Assembly (NCBI GenBank): GCA_022749935.1
Contig: JAKIWQ010000003.1
Location: 25,138-89,137, forward strand
Length of the DNA: 64,000 nucleotides
Direction: 5' to 3'
Origin: Thermoplasmata archaeon
Lineage (GTDB): Archaea > Thermoplasmatota > Thermoplasmata > Lutacidiplasmatales > UBA184
A program made the translations under genes and the position numbers. The notes under the pieces were generated by a model that worked only from the letters and a program-made list of their open reading frames with translations, was not told the origin of the DNA and did not search any database. This document shows, piece by piece, positions 54,354 through 63,493 of the stretch (within the stretch, counting starts at the first letter, position 1; each line of letters starts with the position of its first letter).

Positions 54354-55345
54354 CTCCGACCGCACGGAAGCCCCGCGGACCTCCGAAGCACCGAGGCGCC
54401 CCGGAGGCTCCTCCGACCCTCGAGATCGGATCCCTCCCCCTCGTGGCCGGGGCGAAATCCCATCCGGCGCTCGGTCTCGGACTCTGGGCTCTCGGGCGCT
54501 GGACGCCCGCCGACGAGGCCCGGACCAAGGCGACGATCGGGCGCGCCTACGAGAAAGGGATGCGCTGGTTCGACACGGCCGAGGTCTACGGCAACGGCCG
54601 GTCGGAGCGGATCCTCGGCGACGTCTTGCTCCGGGCGGCGGGAGGAGCGCCGGACGCCTTCGTGACCACGAAGGTCTCGTGGGAACACCTCCGCCCTTCC
54701 CAGGTCCGTGCGAGTCTCGTGAACAGCCTCGAGCGGATCGGCCGCACGTCGGTCGACCTCTACCTCATCCACGCCCCCGACGCCCGAGTTCCCCTCGCCG
54801 AGACGATTCCGGCCCTCGAGGCCCTCTGGAAGGAGGGACGCGTCGGCGCGGTAGGGGTCTCGAACTTCGGCGTGGAGGAGCTCGAGGAGGCCTCCCGACA
54901 TTTTGCGTCGACGCGGATCGCGGTGAATCAGGTCCGCTACAACCTCTTCGACCGGGACGAAGCGGAGCCGGTCCGCGAGTACTGCCGGACCCACCAGATC
55001 CTCCTCGAGGCGTACTCGCCGCTCGCGCGGGGGCTCTTGCACGGTCGCTACCTGGACGGGGAGAAGGTCTCCCCCGAGGTCAAGCGGTTCGCCCACCGCC
55101 TCTTCGAATCGGACCGTCTCCCGGAGATCCTCCAACGGACCCGGGTCCTGAGGGACCTGGCGAAGGACGAGAAGCTCCCCCTCGCGGCGATCGCGCTCCA
55201 TTGGCTCGAGCGGAACGGCGCAGCGCCGATCGTCGGCGCGAGCCGCCCGGAGCAGGTGGACGAGAACCTCGCGGCGTGGTCGGCCCGCCCGAGCGCGGCG
55301 GTCCTCGACCGGGCGGATGCGATCGCGCGGGGCGACCGTGCTTAA
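54350..55345 (+). CDS. Aldo/keto reductase
   Basis: 331-aa ORF whose ATG overlaps the valS stop (ATGA). Contains FDTAEVYGNGRSE, VDLYLIHAPD and GVSNF motifs. Confidence 0.85.
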   Translation: MTPTARKPRGPPKHRGAPEAPPTLEIGSLPLVAGAKSHPALGLGLWALGRWTPADEARTKATIGRAYEKGMRWFDTAEVYGNGRSERILGDVLLRAAGGAPDAFVTTKVSWEHLRPSQVRASLVNSLERIGRTSVDLYLIHAPDARVPLAETIPALEALWKEGRVGAVGVSNFGVEELEEASRHFASTRIAVNQVRYNLFDRDEAEPVREYCRTHQILLEAYSPLARGLLHGRYLDGEKVSPEVKRFAHRLFESDRLPEILQRTRVLRDLAKDEKLPLAAIALHWLERNGAAPIVGASRPEQVDENLAAWSARPSAAVLDRADAIARGDRA

Positions 55346-55991
55346 ACTGGTCGCCCTCGACATGGACGGGACGCTCGTCGACGTAGCGAGCTCCTGGGCG
55401 GCCATCCACCACCACTTTCAGGACCACAACGCGGACGGTCTGCGCGACTTCCTCGCCGGGCGGATCGACGACCACGAATTCATCCGGACGGACGTGCGGA
55501 TCTGGCAGCGTCACCTCCCCGAGCTGCGGGTCGAGGACCTGGAGGCAATCCTCGCACGGGTCCCGCTCATGCCGGGCGCCTCGACCCTGATCGCCGGTCT
55601 GAAGGCCCGAGGGGTCCGCACGGCGATCGTCAGCGGCGGGATCGACCTGCTCGCCCACCGGATCGCCCGGGAGCTGGGGATCGACCTCACCCTCGCCAAC
55701 GGGTTCCGCGTCACCGCGGACGGCCGCCTCACCGGCGAGGGGATCGTCCGCGTTCCGATCAAAGGGAAGGAGGGGGTCCTCGCCGGTCTCCAGCACCAGC
55801 TCGGGACGACGATCGAGGAGACCGCCTCGGTCGGGAATTCCGAGATCGACGTCGGACTGTTCCACCGCAGTCGCATGGGGGTGGCCTTCCTGCCGGAGGA
55901 CGAGGCGGTCCGACGTGCGGCGACCCGCGTCGTGACCCAGAAGGACCTCGGACTCGTCCTGGACGCGCTCCGCGAGTTCTCCGATTCGTAG
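55338..55991 (+). CDS. HAD-superfamily hydrolase, phosphoserine phosphatase (SerB)-like
   Basis: Contains LVALDMDGTL (DxDGT), SGG, and the K...GNSEID region. GTG 55338 overlaps the upstream stop; ATG 55317 is an alternative start. Confidence 0.75.
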   Translation: MLKLVALDMDGTLVDVASSWAAIHHHFQDHNADGLRDFLAGRIDDHEFIRTDVRIWQRHLPELRVEDLEAILARVPLMPGASTLIAGLKARGVRTAIVSGGIDLLAHRIARELGIDLTLANGFRVTADGRLTGEGIVRVPIKGKEGVLAGLQHQLGTTIEETASVGNSEIDVGLFHRSRMGVAFLPEDEAVRRAATRVVTQKDLGLVLDALREFSDS

Positions 55992-56050
55992 AACGGTTCG
56001 GAGACCGGGGAATCCTTATCCCCCGCCTCCCGCTTCGTAGACCGTTCTCG

Positions 56051-56668
56051 ATGGAAGCGTATCAGGCCCTCTTGGAACGTGCGCACACGAAGCTCCCTCC
56101 GATACGGACGGGGGGCGAACGGTTCGTCGTTCCCGAACCCGACGTGATGACGGACGGCAAGAACACCGTCATCCGGAATTTCCAGGAAATCACGGCCGTT
56201 CTCCGGCGCGAGCCCGCCCACGTCATCGGACACCTCGCCCGGGAGCTCGGTTGCCCGGGAGTGCTCGACCTGCCCCGCGGGGTCCTCAAGTCCCGGGTGA
56301 CCAAGGAGCAGATCGCCCAGCGGTTGCGCGAGTACACCGCGAAGTACGTCATCTGTTCGGAGTGCAAGCGACCGGACACCCACCTCTCGAAGGACGGCCG
56401 GCTCACGATGCTCATCTGCGAGGCGTGCGGCGCCCAGCGACCGGTGACGGTCCGTCGGGTGGTCGCGCCCGAGAAGCCCCGGGCCCCGGTCGAGGTGGGC
56501 GAGGTCTACCGGCTCACGATCGAGGACGTCGGACGACGGGGCGACGGCGTCGCGAAGAAGGAAGGGTTCGTCATCTTCGTTACGGGGGCGAACCAGCGGG
56601 GAACGACCGTCAACGCGAAAGTGACCAAGGTCCTCGGGAACAACGCGTACGCCGTGGTCCAACCGTAA
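56051..56668 (+). CDS. Translation initiation factor aIF2 beta subunit with C-terminal TRAM domain
   Basis: The N-terminal 140 aa carry the aIF2-beta zinc ribbon (CSECKRPDT...CEACG). The C-terminal 60 aa (GEVYRLTIEDVGRRGDGVAKKEGFVIFV...V.AKVTKV) match the TRAM pattern. Confidence 0.8.
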   Translation: MEAYQALLERAHTKLPPIRTGGERFVVPEPDVMTDGKNTVIRNFQEITAVLRREPAHVIGHLARELGCPGVLDLPRGVLKSRVTKEQIAQRLREYTAKYVICSECKRPDTHLSKDGRLTMLICEACGAQRPVTVRRVVAPEKPRAPVEVGEVYRLTIEDVGRRGDGVAKKEGFVIFVTGANQRGTTVNAKVTKVLGNNAYAVVQP

Positions 56669-56674
56669 CCGACG

Positions 56675-57643
56675 ATGCGCAGCGTCCGCTGGCTCGGCCT
56701 CCTCGCGCTCTACGTCGGCGCCCAGACGGTCGGTCTCATCCTCGCCGACCCGTTCCGTTCGATGGGGCTCGCGTCCAACTCCAACCCCCAGAGCGTGACC
56801 GCGCCGCTCGCGATCATCGCGCTCATCGTGATCGCCCCGCTCGGCATCCTCTACCTCGCGCGTCGGAAGGGGGGCGTCGCAGCGCTCCGGCACCTGATCC
56901 TCGTGGGGATCGGCGGGGCCCTGTACGTCACGTTGTTCGCCACGTTTTCCGTCCTACCTCTCGGGACCTACCTGCCGCCGCCGTACGCCGCCGAACTGAA
57001 TCTCGACTGGGCGCTGGTCCTCGCGGGTTCGGTCAGCGCGACCCTCTACCTCGCGCTCCTCCTCGAACCCCAGTGGTGGGTCGTCGACCTGGTCGGGTTC
57101 CTCGCGGCCGGCGCGCTGGTCGCGATCCTCGGGATCTCGTTCGCGATCCTTCCCGCCTTCATCCTCCTGATCGCGCTCCTCATCTACGACGCGATCGCCG
57201 TCTACCGGACGAAGCACATGATCTCGCTCGCCGACGTGGTGGTCGACATGAAACTCCCGATCCTCCTCGTCATGCCCGACTCGGCGGGGTACGACTACAC
57301 GGCCGCTCCCTCGCTGAAGGAGCAACGGGGTCAACCGGTCACGGAGAGGGCGGCGCTCTTCATGGGGCTCGGCGACGTCGTGATCCCGGGCACCCTGGTC
57401 GTCTCCGCCTTCGTCTGGCTCCCATCCGTACCGGGCGTCCTCGGGGTGGGCGCGAACCTCGTCGTCGCGGTCGCCGCCCTGCTCGGCTCCCTGGTCGGCT
57501 ACGGCTTCCTGATGGGTCTCGTCCTGAGGGGGAATCCGCAGGCGGGACTCCCGCTCCTCAACGGGGGAGCGCTCCTCGGCTACACCACCGCCTATCTCCT
57601 CATCTTCCACTCGTTCACGCTCGGGTTCACCGGGGCGCTTTAA
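56675..57643 (+). CDS. Presenilin/signal-peptide-peptidase-like intramembrane aspartyl protease (A22 family)
   Basis: 322-aa multi-pass membrane protein with catalytic motifs LLIYDAIAVY (YD) and MGLGDVVIPG (GxGD). The position of the PAL motif appears to read GAL. Confidence 0.7.
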   Translation: MRSVRWLGLLALYVGAQTVGLILADPFRSMGLASNSNPQSVTAPLAIIALIVIAPLGILYLARRKGGVAALRHLILVGIGGALYVTLFATFSVLPLGTYLPPPYAAELNLDWALVLAGSVSATLYLALLLEPQWWVVDLVGFLAAGALVAILGISFAILPAFILLIALLIYDAIAVYRTKHMISLADVVVDMKLPILLVMPDSAGYDYTAAPSLKEQRGQPVTERAALFMGLGDVVIPGTLVVSAFVWLPSVPGVLGVGANLVVAVAALLGSLVGYGFLMGLVLRGNPQAGLPLLNGGALLGYTTAYLLIFHSFTLGFTGAL

Positions 57644-57665
57644 CGTCCGGCGGCTCCGGGCGCGC

Positions 57666-58610
57666 ATGCCGCGCCGGGTCGAGGACGTTCGGGTCGACGA
57701 CGCACCCCACCTCGACCGCTTCGTCCGTCGGCTCGAGGCCGGGGGCGGGTTCAGTGCGAAGGGGGTCGCGGACGGTACCACGCTCCTGACCCGGATCCTC
57801 GGGGACGCCGAGATGACGACCTTCCTCTCCTTCCCGGCGGACATCGTCGCGACGGGGACGCGGGGGGTCCTCGCGGGACTCGTGCGGGACGGGTACATCG
57901 ACGCGATCGTGACGACCTGCGGCACCCTCGACCACGACCTCGCCCGATCCTTCCGTCCGTACTACCACGGGGAATGGAACCTCGACGACGCGGACCTCCA
58001 CCGACGTCACCTCTACCGCCTCGGAAACCTGGTCATCCCGGAGGCGAACTACGGAACGGTCATCGAGCGCAAGATGCGTCCGATCCTGGATCGGCTGTGG
58101 AAATCGGGCGTCCGAGCCCTCTCGACGGTCGAGCTGTGCCGGGCGATCGGGGGAGCCATCCCGGCGCGCGCGGGCGCCTCGAGCATCCTTCGCGCGGCGT
58201 ACGACCGGAACGTGCCCGTCTTCGTCCCGGGGATCACGGACGGGGCCGTCGGTTCGCAGGTCTGGCTCTACTGGCAGGACCACCGGGGACTCTCGCTCGA
58301 CCTGCTCTCCGACGAACAGCTCCTCTCCGACCTCGTCTTCGCCGCGAAGCGGAGCGGCGCCATCCTGCTCGGGGGCGGCATCTCCAAGCACCACACCATC
58401 TGGTGGAACCAATTCCGCGACGGGCTGGATGCCGCCCTGTACCTCACGACCGCGGTCGAGTGGGACGGGAGCCTCTCCGGGGCCCGAACCCGAGAAGCGA
58501 TCTCCTGGGGCAAGGTGAAGCCGAACGCCCGGCACGCCACGGTCGAGGGCGACGTCACGCTCCTCTTCCCCCTCATGGTCGGCGCCGCGCTGGAGCGGCT
58601 CCGACCGTAG
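57666..58610 (+). CDS. dys: Deoxyhypusine synthase
   Basis: 314-aa ORF with the GGGISKHH motif and the typical DHS core. Confidence 0.9.
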   Translation: MPRRVEDVRVDDAPHLDRFVRRLEAGGGFSAKGVADGTTLLTRILGDAEMTTFLSFPADIVATGTRGVLAGLVRDGYIDAIVTTCGTLDHDLARSFRPYYHGEWNLDDADLHRRHLYRLGNLVIPEANYGTVIERKMRPILDRLWKSGVRALSTVELCRAIGGAIPARAGASSILRAAYDRNVPVFVPGITDGAVGSQVWLYWQDHRGLSLDLLSDEQLLSDLVFAAKRSGAILLGGGISKHHTIWWNQFRDGLDAALYLTTAVEWDGSLSGARTREAISWGKVKPNARHATVEGDVTLLFPLMVGAALERLRP

Positions 58611-58666
58611 CGACGCCTTCGTCCGAGCCTTTATCTCTCGGAGTCCAGTCGGCCCGAACCGTCTAC

Positions 58667-58739
58667 GGGCCCGTAGCTCAGTCGGTAGAGCAGGCGGCTC
58701 TTAACCGCAAGGTCAGGGGTTCGAATCCCCTCGGGCCCG
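58667..58739 (+). tRNA. tRNA-Lys (anticodon CUU)
   Basis: Acceptor is GGGCCCG/CGGGCCC. D-arm is GCTC-AGTCGGTA-GAGC. The anticodon loop is CTCTTAA and the T-arm is AGGGG-TTCGAAT-CCCCT. Total length is 73 nt. Confidence 0.9.
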
Positions 58740-58789
58740 GACCCGATCCCCCCTACGCGAACGCACCAGACCCGGGGAGGGGGGGCGGA

Positions 58790-61762
58790 CTACGGATCCT
58801 CGACCCACTCCTCGGGCTCCGGAGATGGGGGGGTCGGCCTCTGGCGGCGCCGGAGGACGAGCACCACCGCCGCGACGGCGACTAGCCCGACGAGGGCCAC
58901 GAGGAGGAGGTCGAACGTCATGCCCGGCAGGCCGAACACGGAGGTCGACGAGCTCGCCGTGACGTTCGTGTACGCCTGGCCGGTCGCGGAGACGCCGAGA
59001 GAGTCGTGCACGGTGACGGTCACGAGGTAGGTCCCGGTCGCGGTGGGCGTGCACGTGAGCGCGGAGGTGTTCCGGCTGTCGCAGCCCGTCGGCAGACCGG
59101 TATACGAGTAGGTGAATCCCCCGCTCCCGTTCGTCGCCTTCGCCTGCAGGTCGAGGGGGTTCCCGATCGTCGTCGGGGACCCGTTCGCGACCAACAAGGA
59201 GACCGACGGGTCGTGATTGACCACGAGCGGGCCGGACCCGACCATCGCCTGGCCGAGTGCATCGGTCACGGTGACGGTCACGAGGAAGGTCCCAGGAAGG
59301 CGGGGCGTACAGGACACCGACGCCGAAGCGGTGAGCGCGGTGCACCCCCGCGGGAGACCGGCGAAGGCGAACGTATACGGTGCGGTCCCGCCGACGGGGG
59401 TCACGGCGACGGTCACGTTCTGACCGAGGTCGATCGCGCCGGGGGAGGCCGCCACCGTCGGCAGCGACATCGGGAAATTCACCGAGAGCGTAAAATTCTC
59501 AAAGGTCGAGAATCCGGTCGCGTCGGTCACCTTGGCCTCGATCGTGAAGTTCCCCGCCACGGACGGAGCGCACGTGTTCGCCGCGTTGTTGCCCAGCGCG
59601 CATCCCGCGGGCCCCCCGGAGTACGCAAAGTGGTACGGGCCGATTCCCCCGGTGACGTTGGCCCAGACTTGAGTGGAGGTCCCGACGTCGAGGATACTCG
59701 GTGTTGCCAACCCCGAGGTGAACACCGGGTCCGACGCGACGCGGACCGGGACCGATCCGTTCGCGACCCAGCCGTCCGCATCGGTCGCGGTCAGGGTGAC
59801 GAACCCGGCCCCGGGGCCGGTCGGGCGGCAGGTCAGCATCGCCGAATCGTTCGACGCGCAACCCGGGGGCAGCCCGGTCCAGGCATAGTGAATCGGTTGC
59901 GTCCCCCCCGTGAGGAGTGCCACGAGCTGTAACGGTTGATTCGCGTCGAGCGCGGTCGGGAACGCGGTCACCTGGGTGACGGCGGGGCGCGCATTGACCA
60001 GGAGCGTCAAGGTCGCGCTGAGCGCGAAATGCGCGCTGTCCGTGACGTTGACCCGGACGAGGAACGTCCCCGCCACGGCCGGGGTGCAGTTGAGGGTCGG
60101 GCGGTTCGCCGTCGAACATCCGGCCGGGAGGCCCGAGAACCGGTATGTGAGGGGCGGGGAGCCGCCGCTCGCGCTCACACTGAGTGCGACCGTCGACCCG
60201 ATCGTTACGTTCCCCGCCGAGGAGGTGAACGACGCGATTGTCGGATCGGCTTGGACGACCAGGGTGGCGTTCACGGTGCCCGGAACCCCTCCGGAATCGT
60301 TGCGGACGACGACGACGGAGAACACGCCGGTCGAGCTCGGCGTGCAGGTGAGCGCCGACACGTTCGCCGACGTGCATCCGGGAGGGAGCGTGGTGTAGTT
60401 GTACACTACATACCCGGGGTGACCGATCGGCTGCGCGTTGATCGTGACCGACTGGCCGAGGTCGATCGCGCCCGGAGCGATCGAGACGGCGCCGAGGATC
60501 GAGGGCCCGAGAGCCCAGGTCTCGTTGCTGTAGGTCACGTTCGCGAACTGACCGCCGTAGGCGATCGTGTAGCCATCGAGCGGGTCGAACACCATCTCCA
60601 GGTACGCGAGTCTCGGCGGCGAGACGGGCAACGAACTCGTGAGGCTGGTCCAATTGCCGCCGCTGAAGTTCCACGTATCGGCGAGGGCGCCGCTCGGCGA
60701 GGTGGGGACGGTCGAGCCGCCGAACAGGAGGAGTGTCTTCGCCAACGAGGAGTAGGTGAGGCCGTAGTAGACCCGTGGGGAGGGATGGGCGGAGGGCGTG
60801 AGGGCCGCCCAGGTGAGGTTGTGATACTCCCACGTGGCCCCATCGGGGGAGGCGCACGCGTAATTGTTGCACCCGCCGAACGCGACCGTGTAGTTGTCGA
60901 TCGGGTCGTACACCATGCTCGCCCGGAACCGCGTGGGAGGGCCCCCCGTGACGGTGAGGGCCGTCCAGTTCCCACGGAGGTACTCCCACGTGTCCGCGTA
61001 CGCCGTGGTCGTGGTCGTCCCACCGTACATGAGGACGTAGCCGTCGCCCGCGTCGTACGTCATCAGGGGCCGCCACCGGGGCCCGGGGGTCTGGTTCGTC
61101 AAGCCGGTGTGGTTCGTCCAGGAACCGTGGACGTAGGTCCACGTCTGATTGTAGATGATAGCGGCCGGGTAGAGATAGCCACCGAACATCACGGCGTAGC
61201 CGTCGGCCGAATCCCAGGCGATGCCTGCGAGATACCGGCTGCTCGGGGAGTTCGAGGGACTCAGCTCATTCCACTGTCCGTGGGCGAACGACCAGGTGTC
61301 CGAAAGGGACCCCGCCGCATCCGCACCGCCGAACAGCAGGACATACCCATCCAACGGATCAAACACCATCATCGGCAGGTAGCGCGCCGTCGGGGCGTTC
61401 GTCTCGACCTTGGTGAGGTCCGTCCACGTCTTCGGATTCACTCCGGTGGCCAGGGGATGGACGGCGGGCGGGAGGGCGCGAGTTGCGCAGGTTTGCCCGA
61501 GCAACTTCGAGGCTTGGCAGGTGAGGTTCGCGGCCGATTGCAACACCGGGCGGGCCGACCGGTCGGCCGGGACGAGTGCCACACCGTGGCTCCCGGTGAC
61601 GGAGTGCAGGGGGGAAGAATACGGAAGCCCTCCTAACAGCAGGATGAACAATACGACCCAGATGGGGAGGGTGGCGTTGAGGGCCGGCCGAACGGACGAA
61701 GACGGTCGGTCGGGTCGGGGGCGGGCCGCGGTCACTCCCGGGAGGAGCCGTCCGACGGTCAT
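58790..61762 (-). CDS. Large surface-anchored protein: N-terminal signal/TM, Kelch-type beta-propeller repeats, six Cys-containing Ig-like (He_PIG/Cadg-like) repeats, C-terminal TM anchor
   Basis: 990-aa ORF with Kelch-like units (DGYVLLFGG...W.F, DGYAVMFGGY, DGYVLMYGG, DNYTVAFGG, LLLFGG, DGYTIAYGG). Six repeats of about 90 aa follow the pattern Y.[YF].GLP.GC....L.C.P...G...V.V.V.D. The C-terminal hydrophobic helix is followed by RRRQR. Confidence 0.7.
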   Translation of the reverse strand: MTVGRLLPGVTAARPRPDRPSSSVRPALNATLPIWVVLFILLLGGLPYSSPLHSVTGSHGVALVPADRSARPVLQSAANLTCQASKLLGQTCATRALPPAVHPLATGVNPKTWTDLTKVETNAPTARYLPMMVFDPLDGYVLLFGGADAAGSLSDTWSFAHGQWNELSPSNSPSSRYLAGIAWDSADGYAVMFGGYLYPAAIIYNQTWTYVHGSWTNHTGLTNQTPGPRWRPLMTYDAGDGYVLMYGGTTTTTAYADTWEYLRGNWTALTVTGGPPTRFRASMVYDPIDNYTVAFGGCNNYACASPDGATWEYHNLTWAALTPSAHPSPRVYYGLTYSSLAKTLLLFGGSTVPTSPSGALADTWNFSGGNWTSLTSSLPVSPPRLAYLEMVFDPLDGYTIAYGGQFANVTYSNETWALGPSILGAVSIAPGAIDLGQSVTINAQPIGHPGYVVYNYTTLPPGCTSANVSALTCTPSSTGVFSVVVVRNDSGGVPGTVNATLVVQADPTIASFTSSAGNVTIGSTVALSVSASGGSPPLTYRFSGLPAGCSTANRPTLNCTPAVAGTFLVRVNVTDSAHFALSATLTLLVNARPAVTQVTAFPTALDANQPLQLVALLTGGTQPIHYAWTGLPPGCASNDSAMLTCRPTGPGAGFVTLTATDADGWVANGSVPVRVASDPVFTSGLATPSILDVGTSTQVWANVTGGIGPYHFAYSGGPAGCALGNNAANTCAPSVAGNFTIEAKVTDATGFSTFENFTLSVNFPMSLPTVAASPGAIDLGQNVTVAVTPVGGTAPYTFAFAGLPRGCTALTASASVSCTPRLPGTFLVTVTVTDALGQAMVGSGPLVVNHDPSVSLLVANGSPTTIGNPLDLQAKATNGSGGFTYSYTGLPTGCDSRNTSALTCTPTATGTYLVTVTVHDSLGVSATGQAYTNVTASSSTSVFGLPGMTFDLLLVALVGLVAVAAVVLVLRRRQRPTPPSPEPEEWVEDP

Positions 61763-61830
61763 CTATGTTTCCTTAGGGGCAGATGGTGCCCGGAGTGAGG
61801 CCCCGTTGGGCTCCGGCCCATCGTGGGAGG

Positions 61831-62541
61831 TTACGCTCGCTCGCCCGAGCGTCCCCAGGGGACGACCCGACGCACCGCCACCATCGGGAAGAGCTCCCCC
61901 GCTCGCTTCTCGATCTGTGCGCGCGCCGCCTCTTTCCCGACGGCCCGACCTCGGAAGGCGTGCGTCGACTTCCAATGGGGCCAGGATGCGAGCACTTTCA
62001 CGTGGCGTCCGGAGGGGGTGTGGACGGAACGTCCCACGACGAGGAGCCTACGCTCCAACTCCCGAGCGAGGTCCCCCGTGGTTCGCTGACGGGGGAGAGG
62101 GACGGCCTCGACCCCGTCCATTCGGAGCTCTCCCTCCCGGTCGACCTGCCGGAGAAGGGCGCGGGCCGCGGGAGCGAGGTCCGCCAACTGCCAGGGGGAA
62201 CGGGGGGCGGCGACCGACACGACGGCGGGCCACATTCGGCGGTGGACGAGCGTGGTCTTGTGAAAGAAGAGCGGAATCTCGAGAAGATCGGACGAATCGT
62301 CGAGGATCTGGGCCACCGCGTAGATCTGGCCCCCCATCGGATGGCCCCACCAGGACCCCGCCACAGGGCCACCCACGACCAGACTCACCACACTTTCGAA
62401 CCGTGCGTCCGTGAAGAGGAGGTACCCGACCTCGTCCAGGCGCTCGCGAACCCGGACTGCGAGGGCGGCGGTACTCGATTCCGTTCGGCCCCTTCCGGCG
62501 TCCCGCATTTCGATCTCGAGTTCACCCGGTCGAACTCGCAA
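61831..62541 (-). CDS. Hypothetical protein (236 aa)
   Basis: GC-rich third positions and a balanced composition. The overlapping plus-strand ORF 61783..63231 is R/P/S/G-rich and is rejected. No family recognised with confidence. Confidence 0.5.
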   Translation of the reverse strand: MRVRPGELEIEMRDAGRGRTESSTAALAVRVRERLDEVGYLLFTDARFESVVSLVVGGPVAGSWWGHPMGGQIYAVAQILDDSSDLLEIPLFFHKTTLVHRRMWPAVVSVAAPRSPWQLADLAPAARALLRQVDREGELRMDGVEAVPLPRQRTTGDLARELERRLLVVGRSVHTPSGRHVKVLASWPHWKSTHAFRGRAVGKEAARAQIEKRAGELFPMVAVRRVVPWGRSGERA

Positions 62542-62633
62542 CGCCGGGGGATGTTAAGGGCGACCGGAGGGCGAGTGCGAGGGACTCCGAACCGAGGAAC
62601 ACGCATCTATCCACGTCGCTACCTACCTTCGTC

Positions 62634-63383
62634 GTGGGCCGAACGCTCCCCATCGTCCTCGCAGCGTACAACGACACCATGGTCCAAGCCGCGGCCTCCG
62701 ACCTGCGACCCTTCCTCGTCCCGGGTGACGAGGTCGACCTCGTCACCGGAAATCACTCCAACCCACTCTCCATCCCGTCGCTCGAGCGGTGGACGCGTCA
62801 GCTGGCAGGAAGGCTTCCCGAGGGGGTGCGCTTCCTCGCTCACACCTCCGGCCTCGGCAACGCCGGGAAGATCGCGTCGGACGCCCCGCCCGCCATTGGT
62901 TCGATCCTGCTCGACTACGAACCGAACTGGGATCCGGAGTTCACGTGGGACTTCGCCGGAACTCTCCAGCACCTGGACCAATTCGCTTCGAACTGCCGGG
63001 CGCACGGACGACGTGCCGTCGCCTACCCCACCGGGCGGCCGCTCCTGGAGGGTCCGCTGCAAGGATACGGGTGGGACTACGCCGGGATGCTCGGTCATGT
63101 CGACGAGGTGTACCCGCAGACCCAACACTGGGCGACCCTCGGATCGGACCGTTGGGCGGCGGCCCTCGGAAAGCTCCGGTCCCAGTGGAGCGCCCGAGGG
63201 CTCGACCCCGGACGACGCGTGGTTCAACTGACCGTCGGGGATCGGGAGAATGGGGTCCTCGCTCCCGTGGCCTCCGAGCGGTGTCGCGAGGCTATCCAGG
63301 ACGGCATCCAACGCCTGTTCGTATGGTGGTCCCCCGCCGTGATGGGCGAGCTCGTGTCGTTCCTTTCGGCGTTGGACCGGTAG
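62634..63383 (+). CDS. Hypothetical protein (249 aa)
   Basis: GTG start, GC-rich third positions and a balanced composition (W/Y/D-rich, possibly TIM-barrel hydrolase-like). The overlapping minus-strand ORF 62619..63914 is rejected. Confidence 0.5.
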   Translation: MGRTLPIVLAAYNDTMVQAAASDLRPFLVPGDEVDLVTGNHSNPLSIPSLERWTRQLAGRLPEGVRFLAHTSGLGNAGKIASDAPPAIGSILLDYEPNWDPEFTWDFAGTLQHLDQFASNCRAHGRRAVAYPTGRPLLEGPLQGYGWDYAGMLGHVDEVYPQTQHWATLGSDRWAAALGKLRSQWSARGLDPGRRVVQLTVGDRENGVLAPVASERCREAIQDGIQRLFVWWSPAVMGELVSFLSALDR

Positions 63384-63493
63384 GGTCCTTGGCTCGTCCG
63401 ACCCCTCCGCCTCGCGGGCGGTAAGGCTCCTCTCGGTCCGAGTCACGGGTGGGTCCGCTACCGATATGGGGACCGGAACGATGCGACGCCACC

